From the IMG/VR virus record IMGVR_UViG_3300038318_000399: a DNA stretch of 33,422 bases; one strand, given 5' to 3'. This DNA comes from a virus. The notes beneath the pieces are model-generated. The model was not told the origin of the DNA and ran no database searches. It worked only from the letters and a program-made list of their open reading frames with translations. Shown here piece after piece: positions 1 through 7,590 of this stretch. The translations under genes were made by a program, and so were the position numbers. The stretch's first letter is position 1. Each line of letters begins with the position of its first letter.

Positions 1-65
1 ATCGCTGCGAGGATGAAACGGCTAGTCGATGCCGGCCGAGGGGATTTGGGGCGGTTCGCGGGCAC
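1..65 (-). CDS. 5' end (signal peptide) of spike gene, runs off the window
   Basis: GGAGG RBS, GTG start, MPANRPKSPRPASTSRFILAA identical to 23624-23688. Confidence 0.75.
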   Translation of the reverse strand, partial: MPANRPKSPRPASTSRFILAA

Positions 66-77
66 GCTAGCGCCTCC
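1..77. repeat. 77-bp exact direct repeat, copy 1
   Basis: atcgctgcgagg...ctagcgcctcc identical to 23624-23700; flanks diverge immediately after (tggg vs gggc). Confidence 0.97.
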
Positions 78-144
78 TGGGCGGGGAGAGGCTATGGGCG
101 GGGAGGTCGAGGGAGGCCCCGCCGGCAACGGGGTGCTGTGCGCG

Positions 145-160
145 CACATCATATGATGTG
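145..160. promoter_or_regulatory. 16-bp perfect palindrome, candidate operator
   Basis: CACATCATATGATGTG, upstream of the minus-strand spike start. Confidence 0.4.
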
Positions 161-616
161 GTTTGCGCGCTCCGGGGAGATATAGGTTTCGAGAGCCAAG
201 GCTCGTTGAGGTGGACCGTTGCGCCTTTTGATCCACTGTGAGGGGCAGGATTTGATTGTCTTGTGTATGATGAACTCTTTGCGCGGCTGCCCCACCCGCA
301 AGTATGGAGTGCGCGGAAGAGGGAGAAAAGGGTTTCTGTCCGATGTGGCGAGATCAGGAGGAATGTGGGGCAGGAGGTCAAAGAGGTAGCTCGAGACCTG
401 TCTGTCGTCTGCCCCGGCCGACAACTGAGTCTATAGGGGGCAAGGCATAAAATCATTGCCTGTGGGGAATCGTTCCCCCGCGCGGCGTTTTGTGAATAGG
501 GGTTCCCGGGGGGGTCTGTGCGCGGGGATCTTGTTTCTCTGGCATCGGACAGCGTAAGATATTTATATTTAGGTGAAGATTTGGGAGTATCACTGAGTAG
601 TCAGAGAGGTGGATCG

Positions 617-976
617 ATGATGAGAAATGATGATGCGGTCTCGCCGGTCCTTATGAGCCCTAGAACCCTCCTTTTTTGCTTCCTGCTTCTCGCCGGACTC
701 CTGGCGGCCGACATCCTGACAACAGTGTGGTTCTGGTCCCTGGGGATGCCGGAGCTCAATCCCGCGATCGCCCCGATCGCCGGGGATCCTCTGGCGCAAA
801 TACAGTATAAGATCCCGTTCGTCGCGGCCCTGCTCGTCGGGGTCTTGGCGCTGTCGCGGGGATGTGAGTGCCTGCGGCCGGGGAGCGGTTGGGGTCCGTG
901 GGCCGTGGTGCTGCTGATGTTCGCGGTGCCCCCTATCTGGAATCTCGTGCATATCGCGGCACATCATTGGATGTGA
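617..976 (+). CDS. Membrane protein, DUF5658-like
   Basis: D-x-x-TT...G-x-x-E-x-NP pattern (ADILTTVWFWSLGMPELNP), 3-4 hydrophobic segments, GAGGTG RBS. Confidence 0.6.
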   Translation: MMRNDDAVSPVLMSPRTLLFCFLLLAGLLAADILTTVWFWSLGMPELNPAIAPIAGDPLAQIQYKIPFVAALLVGVLALSRGCECLRPGSGWGPWAVVLLMFAVPPIWNLVHIAAHHWM

Positions 977-1023
977 GCGCAGGCGTGGATACTTTAATCT
1001 TTTGATGCTGTCCTTTTTTGTAT

Positions 1024-1641
1024 ATGCGAATAACGGTGAATCTGGATGCTGCAGCAGTGAAATTGCTCGATGCATCGGCAGAAGCGCACCATGAGTCTCG
1101 GGCCGAGTTCGCCGGGATGCTCCTTGAATCTCAACTCACCTCTCAAAATAAGATCCACGACCAGTATATCCAGGAACTCAATCAGAGAGAGCAGATGATC
1201 AAGCGCCTGACCAGTGAGATGCAGGATCTTCGCCAGCTGCTGGACGAGGCCCGGGGCGAGGCCCGGAAACTGAACGCCACCACTGAAGAGGGGGTTGGGG
1301 TGATCATCGACCGGAGGGATATGAGAATTGATGATCTTTCTGCAACGGTCGCCCGGGTGGAGAGTGCTCTCGGCCAGGCACCTGCGGCAGGTGATGTTGA
1401 TCGGCTCCAAAATGATGTGACTGATCTGCGCGCCCAGGTGCAGGCCCGGGATGTACAGGTCGCCCGGCTGGCGGACCTGGAGCGGGAACTGTCCCGGGCA
1501 GGGGAGCGGGAGCGGGAGTTGCTTGATCTGATTTATCAGGAGAAGGGGGAAAAGAAGGCGTTGTTGGAGCGGTTGCCCCCGGCCGAGGTGCCGAAGAAAG
1601 GGATCTGGGAGAGGCTGCTCGGGGGCGAGAGAGGGGATTGA
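1024..1641 (+). CDS. RHH-like N-terminus plus long coiled-coil protein (plasmid/virus type)
   Basis: MRITVNLD...RAEFAGMLLE RHH-like pattern; heptad-rich middle; C-terminal KKGIWERLLG. Confidence 0.7.
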   Translation: MRITVNLDAAAVKLLDASAEAHHESRAEFAGMLLESQLTSQNKIHDQYIQELNQREQMIKRLTSEMQDLRQLLDEARGEARKLNATTEEGVGVIIDRRDMRIDDLSATVARVESALGQAPAAGDVDRLQNDVTDLRAQVQARDVQVARLADLERELSRAGERERELLDLIYQEKGEKKALLERLPPAEVPKKGIWERLLGGERGD

Positions 1642-1955
1642 GCGTACAGTAGTACTGGTAATTTCTCATTACTCTGTTTTACTTTCGCGGTGCGTGTGGA
1701 TTAGTCTGGTAAATTACTCACTGTTCACATCAGGATAGGTGTGAGGTGTGGTATGGAGGACCACCAAACAGCGTCGAACAACACCCGGACCTCCCATACC
1801 ACCCCCTAAATTACACTCACTTTTGATAAAATGTTGTGGTTTTGATCTGTTTTTGGGTGCTTCGATAGCGGTTTTTAGGTGCGGCACCTCAAAAAAGTTC
1901 ACACAACTTTGAGTAATAGTAATAATTGATATTATTTTAGTTATCAAAACTAATT

Positions 1956-2170
1956 AAAACTGATATCTATCTATCTATCTATCACCTACCTAAAACCCCT
2001 ATACGTTCTCTGATTCTCAGTGGATTATAATTCGTGTAGGTTTTTTATATATATATTATTACTTTAATACCTCTACAACCGAGCACTAGTCACGCAAAAA
2101 CAAGCACCGTCACGCAAAAAAGCATGGGAGTGCTAACCCTATGATAGATAGATAGATAGATATCAGTTTT
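1956..2170. repeat. 29-bp perfect inverted repeat with (GATA)n tract flanking an AT-rich core with iteron-like repeats; candidate origin
   Basis: aaaactgatatctatctatctatctatca at 1956-1984 and its reverse complement at 2142-2170; gtcacgcaaaaa at 2089 and 2109; (TA)n at about 2046-2056. Confidence 0.75.
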
Positions 2171-2609
2171 ATGTACTTTCGCTCTCATTCGTGTTACCAA
2201 CCTCAAACATCTTTTCCCTCAAAAACACATGGATCTGCTCTTCAGATGCCCTTTTCTGTAAAAATTCCTTCAAAAACCGTGAAAAAGCAGGCACCAAATA
2301 CCTTACATTCTGTCCATCTTGAAAAGACCCCAATAATTCATTTTTCAGTGCAGCAGCGTATGCGTTAAAGGTTATCTCGAAGTCAGAGGGTGTTGCATAG
2401 TCTAACTCTTCCATCGGGTCGGTCTGCAACCTCTTCGAGTATGCTTCTGATTGCAGCTGGTGACGCTTCATATCCTCAGCTACCAACCACCGGAGATAGG
2501 CACCTCTCCCATACGCTGATTGATCATCAATATACTCTAACTGAGCTGGTGGAAATCCCACGAGGACTCGCACCAATAATTGATCTGTCCGTTTACGAAT
2601 AGCCATCAA
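2169..2609 (-). CDS. Putative RHH-type regulator, divergent from early operon
   Basis: 146 aa; VRVLVGFPPAQLEYID...RGAYLRWLV resembles RHH. Confidence 0.55.
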   Translation of the reverse strand: MMAIRKRTDQLLVRVLVGFPPAQLEYIDDQSAYGRGAYLRWLVAEDMKRHQLQSEAYSKRLQTDPMEELDYATPSDFEITFNAYAAALKNELLGSFQDGQNVRYLVPAFSRFLKEFLQKRASEEQIHVFLREKMFEVGNTNESEST

Positions 2610-2847
2610 ACACGCTCCTTTGTTTTTTATGCGGCCTGGAACCGCTTTACTTTAGAAACTCATCGAGGTCTGAGGACTTAACCCGCCAATAGCGACCAAC
2701 CTTAACCCCTTTTAGCTTACCACTCCGTAACCACTTGTAAATCACATCCTTCGTTACTTTAAGTATCTGCGCCACCTCTAACGGTGTATACAGAGTCTCA
2801 TTCATAAGGGATTGTTTGGGAGTATATTATTTAAATGTATTTAATTG

Positions 2848-2895
2848 GTTCCAAATGGAACGAAACAGAGCCAAATGGAAATTATTTTATATGAT
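2848..2895 (+). promoter_or_regulatory. Early promoter/operator
   Basis: Palindrome GTTCCAAATGGAAC (2848-2861); CCAAATGGAA repeated 20 bp apart (2851, 2871); TTTTATA box about 2885-2891. Confidence 0.5.
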
Positions 2896-2971
2896 ATTAT
2901 CATACGTAGAGAGTAGAGCACAAAAGCGGGATAGGGGTTCCAGGCCCCTCCCGCGGAGCGTGTGATGTAAA

Positions 2972-3100
2972 ATGTCGAACAACACCACTGATACAGTGGC
3001 TAAAACTAGTGGGTTATCCTACTATTTTAGCCTGTTGCCTCAAAACGAGGCTCAGAATAGACCGCAGAACGAAGACGCGATCCGGGGGATCAGCGTATGA
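2972..3100 (+). CDS. Small hypothetical protein (42 aa)
   Basis: Hand translation; ATGA overlap with next gene. Confidence 0.35.
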   Translation: MSNNTTDTVAKTSGLSYYFSLLPQNEAQNRPQNEDAIRGISV

Positions 3101-3276
3101 GCAGGATCTACCTCTGCCCCGTCTGCAAGCGCCCGCTGCGGAAAATCCGCACCGAGGAAAACGCCTTCTTCACTGAAGAGGTCTGGAACTGCTCCGCCTG
3201 CCGGAAGAACTACTATAAGCGGCGGAACACCTGGATCGGGGCACAACCGATCCTCGCAGACGAGGCGTCCCAATGA
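3097..3276 (+). CDS. Zn-ribbon protein (59 aa)
   Basis: MSRIYLCPVCK...WNCSACRK; ATGA-coupled on both sides; not in ORF track. Confidence 0.7.
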   Translation: MSRIYLCPVCKRPLRKIRTEENAFFTEEVWNCSACRKNYYKRRNTWIGAQPILADEASQ

Positions 3277-3566
3277 TCTCCCTCCCCCCTCCACAACCCT
3301 CTCAGGTCCGCGCGGCCTCCCGGTCCTTCCGGGCGGCGGTGCGACGCCTCCACACCCCGCGACCGGCCGGGATGGTCCTGACCGGATCCGTGCTCCCTCT
3401 CCCCGTCACAATCGAGACCCAGATCACCGACGAGCGGATCGGGGACGAACCATACTGTTACTATCGCCTATCCTCCTCCGGCGACCCGCGCTGGATCTGG
3501 GGCCCGGACCTCCTCAAAGGCAACTCGCAGATCCTCGTCTACCGGCTGCAGGGGGCGAGGTCATGA
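3273..3566 (+). CDS. Hypothetical protein (97 aa)
   Basis: ATGA-coupled operon gene. Confidence 0.6.
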   Translation: MISLPPPQPSQVRAASRSFRAAVRRLHTPRPAGMVLTGSVLPLPVTIETQITDERIGDEPYCYYRLSSSGDPRWIWGPDLLKGNSQILVYRLQGARS

Positions 3567-3697
3567 GCGGCCGCCCCCGGAACCCGACCGACAAACTTCT
3601 CACCCGACTCACCCAGACCCCCCAGGGCCGGGAGCGACTCCGCGAGGCAGTCCAGAATATGAAGCGGCGCGAACAGTTCGAGGCGGCGCAACGATGA
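3563..3697 (+). CDS. Small hypothetical protein (44 aa)
   Basis: Hand translation MSGRPRNPTDK...; ATGA coupling. Confidence 0.5.
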   Translation: MSGRPRNPTDKLLTRLTQTPQGRERLREAVQNMKRREQFEAAQR

Positions 3698-3864
3698 GCA
3701 GCAAGACCGGCGGCCTATTCTCCGGCCTGCGCCGCGCCTCGACTGTCCACCACCTCCCCGGGTGCCCGAACGGCTGCGGGGAAATGCTCGCCCTGGATGA
3801 CGGCTGGCAGTGCCCGGTGTGCAACTGGTATCGCGGATACTACAGGGGGGAGCGGCACCCATGA
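3694..3864 (+). CDS. Zn-ribbon protein (56 aa), paralog of 26870-27034
   Basis: LRRASTVHHLPGCPNGCGEML...CPVC vs LKRAPTVVYLPECRYGCGEML...CPIC. Confidence 0.7.
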   Translation: MSSKTGGLFSGLRRASTVHHLPGCPNGCGEMLALDDGWQCPVCNWYRGYYRGERHP

Positions 3865-4181
3865 GCGGCTTATCTCAATCAGTATGGGCGCACGAGGACC
3901 ACCTGCTCGCGATCTATCGCCGCACAGGCGATACCTCGTTCACTTACAAAGAGATCGCAGACCTCATCCCGTGCGGCACAATGCTCCGCTACACTGTTCC
4001 AGGCATATTCATCCCCGCCCGGGACTCCAAAGGCATCCCGCTCAAAGGTGGGTCCCGGGCGCGCTCTAACGTCTGGCGCTGGCACCCCCGCGCCGCCGAG
4101 CTGTGCCGCCAGGCAATCGAGCGTGATCACCGGTGGGAAAACCTCGCAAACGGACTCACAGGGGGGCAGGAATATGCATGA
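3861..4181 (+). CDS. Putative wHTH DNA-binding protein
   Basis: SFTYKEIADLI helix-turn-helix-like segment; ATGA coupling. Confidence 0.55.
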   Translation: MSGLSQSVWAHEDHLLAIYRRTGDTSFTYKEIADLIPCGTMLRYTVPGIFIPARDSKGIPLKGGSRARSNVWRWHPRAAELCRQAIERDHRWENLANGLTGGQEYA

Positions 4182-4374
4182 GGATCACCGGGCACCCCTC
4201 CTCCTCACAACCGGGCGCTGGATCTGCTCAAAATGCCTCCAGCGGATCCCCACTGGATCCAACTCCTGCCCACAATGTGGCGGGCAATCATTTCGGCCAG
4301 AGTACAACCCAGCAGCCCTCGCAGAAGCCGACCGGCGAGCAGCCGCCAGGGGATCACGTCATGACCTGGGATGA
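4174..4374 (+). CDS. Zn-ribbon protein (66 aa)
   Basis: WICSKC...CPQCG. Confidence 0.6.
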   Translation: MHEDHRAPLLLTTGRWICSKCLQRIPTGSNSCPQCGGQSFRPEYNPAALAEADRRAAARGSRHDLG

Positions 4375-4722
4375 ACTCGAAGAACTCCAGGACCGGCTCA
4401 CCACGATCCTCGAGTACGAGCGCGCCGAGGAGGGGTTCTCCCCATCGAGGAGGATTATTATATCCAGTATCGGCAGGCAGCCCGGCGAGCCGTCAACGAC
4501 ATCAACCCAGACCACTCCCGCGACCGGGACCGCTACCAAACCCTCCAGGCAATTTACGATACCGTAGGAGAGATTTACGAGATCAGGAGTGCAAAACTCC
4601 GCATGGTCGTTCAGGACCGCGTGGTGTTCCGGCGCGCCGGGGAGCGGCCCGAGAACCTGACCGAGGAAGAGCGGGTCCGGTACGACATGGCGATCTCGCT
4701 CGGGGGGCACAATGCTGAATAA
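4361..4722 (+). pseudogene. GINS (Gins51/Gins15 A-domain)-like protein interrupted by a -1 frameshift
   Basis: Joined frames read TILEYERAEEGFS/PIEEDYY...IYEIRSAKL...PENLTEEERVRY; break in C-run at about 4440-4443. Confidence 0.6.
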
Positions 4723-4969
4723 CGCCCTGCAGACCATCGGCTTGCTCGGTGGTATCGCCGGGGCGGTCCTGGTGGCTGGCCCCACTCCCCGACAGCGGGC
4801 CGCCGGGTTCACTACCTGGATCGCCGGAAACGGTGCCTGGGTTGCGTTCGCAGCGTTGACCGGCTCGCTCTATCTCGGAGTGCAGTTCGGCATATTCCTG
4901 CTGCTCTCTATGGCGGGACTGAGAACGAATCTGAAAGAATTGAGAGTATCGAATTTGGGTGAAAAATGA
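4712..4969 (+). CDS. Small 3-TM membrane protein
   Basis: 85 aa, three hydrophobic stretches. Confidence 0.7.
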   Translation: MLNNALQTIGLLGGIAGAVLVAGPTPRQRAAGFTTWIAGNGAWVAFAALTGSLYLGVQFGIFLLLSMAGLRTNLKELRVSNLGEK

Positions 4970-5082
4970 AGATCAACACAGATTATGTACGCGGGATGAA
5001 GCAGAAGGAGAATGAGAAGATCCGGCGCATCCTCGACCGCGAAGGGGTCAACGCAGGCAGGGGTGATCACGATGGATCCTAA
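4966..5082 (+). CDS. Small basic hypothetical protein (38 aa)
   Basis: Hand translation; ATGA coupling. Confidence 0.4.
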   Translation: MKINTDYVRGMKQKENEKIRRILDREGVNAGRGDHDGS

Positions 5083-5428
5083 ACCGTTCAACATCCACAA
5101 CCCCTCCGACGTTGACCGCTGGTTCACGGAGATGAGGGGCTACCTGCGGGCCTGCGACTTCGTGAACCTGGGCACAGACCGTAGTGGAAGGAAGTACGCT
5201 CTGGAGTGCTTCAATTCCCTTCAGAAGATGCTGGTCTTTGACCGCGTCTCTCGGAAGTGCCCGTTCTGTGGCGGGACGGCGGATCACGCAGAAACGGCGG
5301 TCACCCCCGGCAAAGACGTGACCGTTGCCTATCTCTGCCGGTCCTGCGGCCGTCATGTCCTTGAGATCCACGACTACTCCTCCTCTGAGAGCGAAGATCG
5401 AACCGTAGAGGAAACCGGTGAGGCGTAA
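5072..5428 (+). CDS. Protein with C-terminal Zn ribbon
   Basis: KCPFCGG...LCRSCG; GGGGTGA RBS; ends TVEETGEA over a junction-motif variant. Confidence 0.7.
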   Translation: MDPKPFNIHNPSDVDRWFTEMRGYLRACDFVNLGTDRSGRKYALECFNSLQKMLVFDRVSRKCPFCGGTADHAETAVTPGKDVTVAYLCRSCGRHVLEIHDYSSSESEDRTVEETGEA

Positions 5429-5430
5429 GG

Positions 5431-5634
5431 ATGTTCAAATGTTGTATCTGTCAAAAAGAGATTCACTCGGAAGAAGTGCCTCCGGGGTGGAAACAGGTGA
5501 TCTACACCGATGGAGACGGTTTCGGGTACTGCCCGGATCATCCTCTGGTAGAGGTGCTGAACGACATCATTTGCCGAGCGGACACTGAAATCGGGCTGTG
5601 GTGCGAGATAGACGAAGTGCTAGGATCATGGTAG
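5431..5634 (+). CDS. Cys-rich cassette protein (67 aa)
   Basis: CCIC...YCPDH; ends TGG TAG in junction motif. Confidence 0.7.
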   Translation: MFKCCICQKEIHSEEVPPGWKQVIYTDGDGFGYCPDHPLVEVLNDIICRADTEIGLWCEIDEVLGSW

Positions 5635-5648
5635 AGGAGTGAAATACG

Positions 5649-5816
5649 ATGCCAAACTGCACGACAAGAGGATGCAATCGCCCGGCGACCTGGGAGATAG
5701 AGATCCGCCGGGCCGGAGCAGATTACGATCTGCTGTACGCCTGTGACGAGCATTGCCCGGATCCGGCGATCCTGTCGCCGCAGGACGAGATGCGCAGACT
5801 GGTAGAGGAACGATAG
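5649..5816 (+). CDS. Cys-rich cassette protein (55 aa), paralog of 25952-26116
   Basis: MPNCTTRGCNRPATWEIEI...ACDEHCPDPAILSP; hand translation. Confidence 0.8.
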   Translation: MPNCTTRGCNRPATWEIEIRRAGADYDLLYACDEHCPDPAILSPQDEMRRLVEER

Positions 5817-5817
5817 C

Positions 5818-6009
5818 ATGGGAAACGACTGTTGGTATTATCGGGCTCAATACGCAGGCATGACGAAGGTCTGTATGCGTCAGAGCATTGTGGAGTGTGG
5901 TCGGATCAGGCGGTTCGGCCTCTGTCCAATACCACCGGACTCGGAAGCCTGGCGGCGGTGCGGGTTTGCCATCGGGCAGCATGAGATCCCGCTCATGGTA
6001 GAGGTGTGA
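5818..6009 (+). CDS. Cassette protein (63 aa), paralog of 25038-25229
   Basis: MGNDCWYYRAQYAGMTKVCMR identical N-terminus. Confidence 0.8.
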   Translation: MGNDCWYYRAQYAGMTKVCMRQSIVECGRIRRFGLCPIPPDSEAWRRCGFAIGQHEIPLMVEV

Positions 6010-6012
6010 AAG

Positions 6013-6201
6013 ATGATATTCACCGACGAGGAAGTTGAAAATATCAACAGGTATCAGCAATCCGGCAAATTCCACCCGCTAACCTGCGGGAACGGTCACG
6101 GAGACCTCATAGCAACAAATGATGGATTGATCTGCCCTGAGTGCGATTACCGGCAGACCTGGGTACATGGCTGGATTAAAAGCGGGGAATGTCCCTGGTA
6201 G
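6013..6201 (+). CDS. Zn-ribbon cassette protein (62 aa)
   Basis: HPLTCGN...LICPECDY; ends TGG TAG. Confidence 0.7.
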   Translation: MIFTDEEVENINRYQQSGKFHPLTCGNGHGDLIATNDGLICPECDYRQTWVHGWIKSGECPW

Positions 6202-6216
6202 AAAAGAGGTAGATCA

Positions 6217-6747
6217 ATGCTGATGCTGGATCTGTGCTGTGGCCTGGGGGGGGCGTCTAAGGCGATGAGGGAGAGGGGGTGGGACGTTATCACAGTCGAT
6301 ATCGTCCCGGAGTTCAACCCCTCTATCGTTGCCGACCTGCGGACGTTCCACTACTCCGGCCCCTGCCCTGATCTGGTGTGGGCGTCCCCGCCCTGCCAGG
6401 AGTTCTCCCGGTATTCGTTGCCCGAGAGTTGGGCCTGTAACCGGGGAGGGAAAACAGAACCAGACCTCTCCCTGATGCTGGCAGCAAAGAGGATTATCGA
6501 TGAGGTAAACCCGCGATGGTGGGTAATCGAGAATGTCCGGGGTGCGGTCCCGTTCTTCGAGCCGCACCTCGGCCCGGTACGGAAGCGGAGCGGGAGCCGG
6601 TATCTGTGGGGAGAGTTCCCCCCGTTCGACTGCGAGCCGGGATATGGGAAGTGGAGACTACCCCCGACAGCAGACAGGGCAGCCAAGCGATCCGTAATCC
6701 CGAAACAACTATCGACGGCGCTCTGCCGGTCGATTGAATCATGGTAG
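6217..6747 (+). CDS. dcm: Short C5-cytosine DNA methyltransferase
   Basis: Motif I LDLCCGLGG, motif IV ASPPCQEFS, motif VI IENVRG. Confidence 0.85.
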   Translation: MLMLDLCCGLGGASKAMRERGWDVITVDIVPEFNPSIVADLRTFHYSGPCPDLVWASPPCQEFSRYSLPESWACNRGGKTEPDLSLMLAAKRIIDEVNPRWWVIENVRGAVPFFEPHLGPVRKRSGSRYLWGEFPPFDCEPGYGKWRLPPTADRAAKRSVIPKQLSTALCRSIESW

Positions 6748-6760
6748 AGGAGTGAAAGAA

Positions 6761-7060
6761 ATGTTTAAGTGGCTGAAATTTGGAGCGGTTAGCCGCATGA
6801 TCCTGAAATACAGGATCACCGATGAGGCGGAGTATCGTAAAGATAGCGGGCTTTTGCAGACCGCGAACGTCCTGTTAGGGATGGCGATCACGGGCCTCGG
6901 TTTTGCCGTGTCATATGGGTTCTTCTGTCCCGCCATTCTGATTCACACCGAGGATCTCATTGTATCGGCATGGGTCTGCACGTTTGCTTTTATCGGGTTG
7001 GCTGGAGTGCAGGTATTACGGTTCGTCCGGCGGCTCCCGGTCGAGATGGTAGAGGAGTAG
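6761..7060 (+). CDS. 2-TM cassette protein
   Basis: Two hydrophobic segments; ends MVEE in junction motif. Confidence 0.7.
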   Translation: MFKWLKFGAVSRMILKYRITDEAEYRKDSGLLQTANVLLGMAITGLGFAVSYGFFCPAILIHTEDLIVSAWVCTFAFIGLAGVQVLRFVRRLPVEMVEE

Positions 7061-7063
7061 AAG

Positions 7064-7222
7064 ATGAACCTGATAGAGATCATCCGGGATCCGGTCGTGG
7101 ACTGCCCTGAAACCGGCGAGACCGTGCTCTTATGTGAGTGCGAGAGATGCCAACATTTCTACGGCTACAACACCGGCGAGACGAAGATCGGCTGCACCTA
7201 TCACTCTTCCCCCGAGGACTGA
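7064..7222 (+). CDS. Cys-rich cassette protein (52 aa)
   Basis: MNLIEIIRDPVVDCP...CECERC...GC; hand translation. Confidence 0.65.
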   Translation: MNLIEIIRDPVVDCPETGETVLLCECERCQHFYGYNTGETKIGCTYHSSPED

Positions 7223-7263
7223 TAGATAACTACTTTTCAAATCTCTCTCAGCACTCATCTGGC

Positions 7264-7413
7264 CCCTAAAAACGGCCATTTAGGGCTCCATTCAGTATAG
7301 CAGAATATGGTTTATTATTGGGTCTCGGACTGATATATCTGTTTCAGAAAAAAGTGATAGGTGAATTGTCCGATAACTTACCATTTATTGAGCTGTCCTA
7401 AACAATTTAGGAC
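7264..7413. other. Candidate attP / recombinase core sites
   Basis: CCCTAAA-8nt-TTTAGGG (7264-7285) and GTCCTAAA-CAA-TTTAGGAC (7395-7413) in non-coding gap downstream of integrase. Confidence 0.4.
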
Positions 7414-7590
7414 CTCTCTCCACCGTTTAAGAGCCAAATAGCAGCAGCACCATTTACGATCCCCTCCCACTGCGGGCACTCCATCTTGATATCTAGGTTC
7501 TGAGTGCAGTGGCGGATCCCCCTACAAAATTTAGCCGGGCACCCGGGGTTTAGGTTCTCGTGTGCCACCCCTGATTTAATTCCGGTCATC

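Larger units (their letters stand above)
5629..7066 (+). repeat. TGGTAGA(GGA) junction motif array A
   Basis: TGGTAGA at 5629, 5800, 5996, 6196, 6742, 7047, each at a gene junction; variant at 5405, internal copy at 5546. Confidence 0.85.

Noticed and set aside
67-456. ORFs 67-456 and 149-424 upstream of the spike leader
   Set aside because: No convincing RBS, motif or paralog; may be a leader/regulatory region, though coding cannot be excluded
1714-1947. 77-aa ORF in the AT-rich region
   Set aside because: Low-complexity start, no RBS, adjoins the origin-like region; probably non-coding
5629-7066. Junction repeats as a CRISPR array or classical integron attC sites
   Set aside because: Core is only 7-11 bp, spacers are whole ORFs of variable length, no cas genes, and no attC-type inverted-repeat hairpins or IntI-specific features were seen
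7223-7590. tRNA gene or attL/attR next to the integrase
   Set aside because: Hairpins exist (CCACTGC/GCAGTGG at about 7467-7513) but no cloverleaf, T-loop or CCA; no host genes on either side
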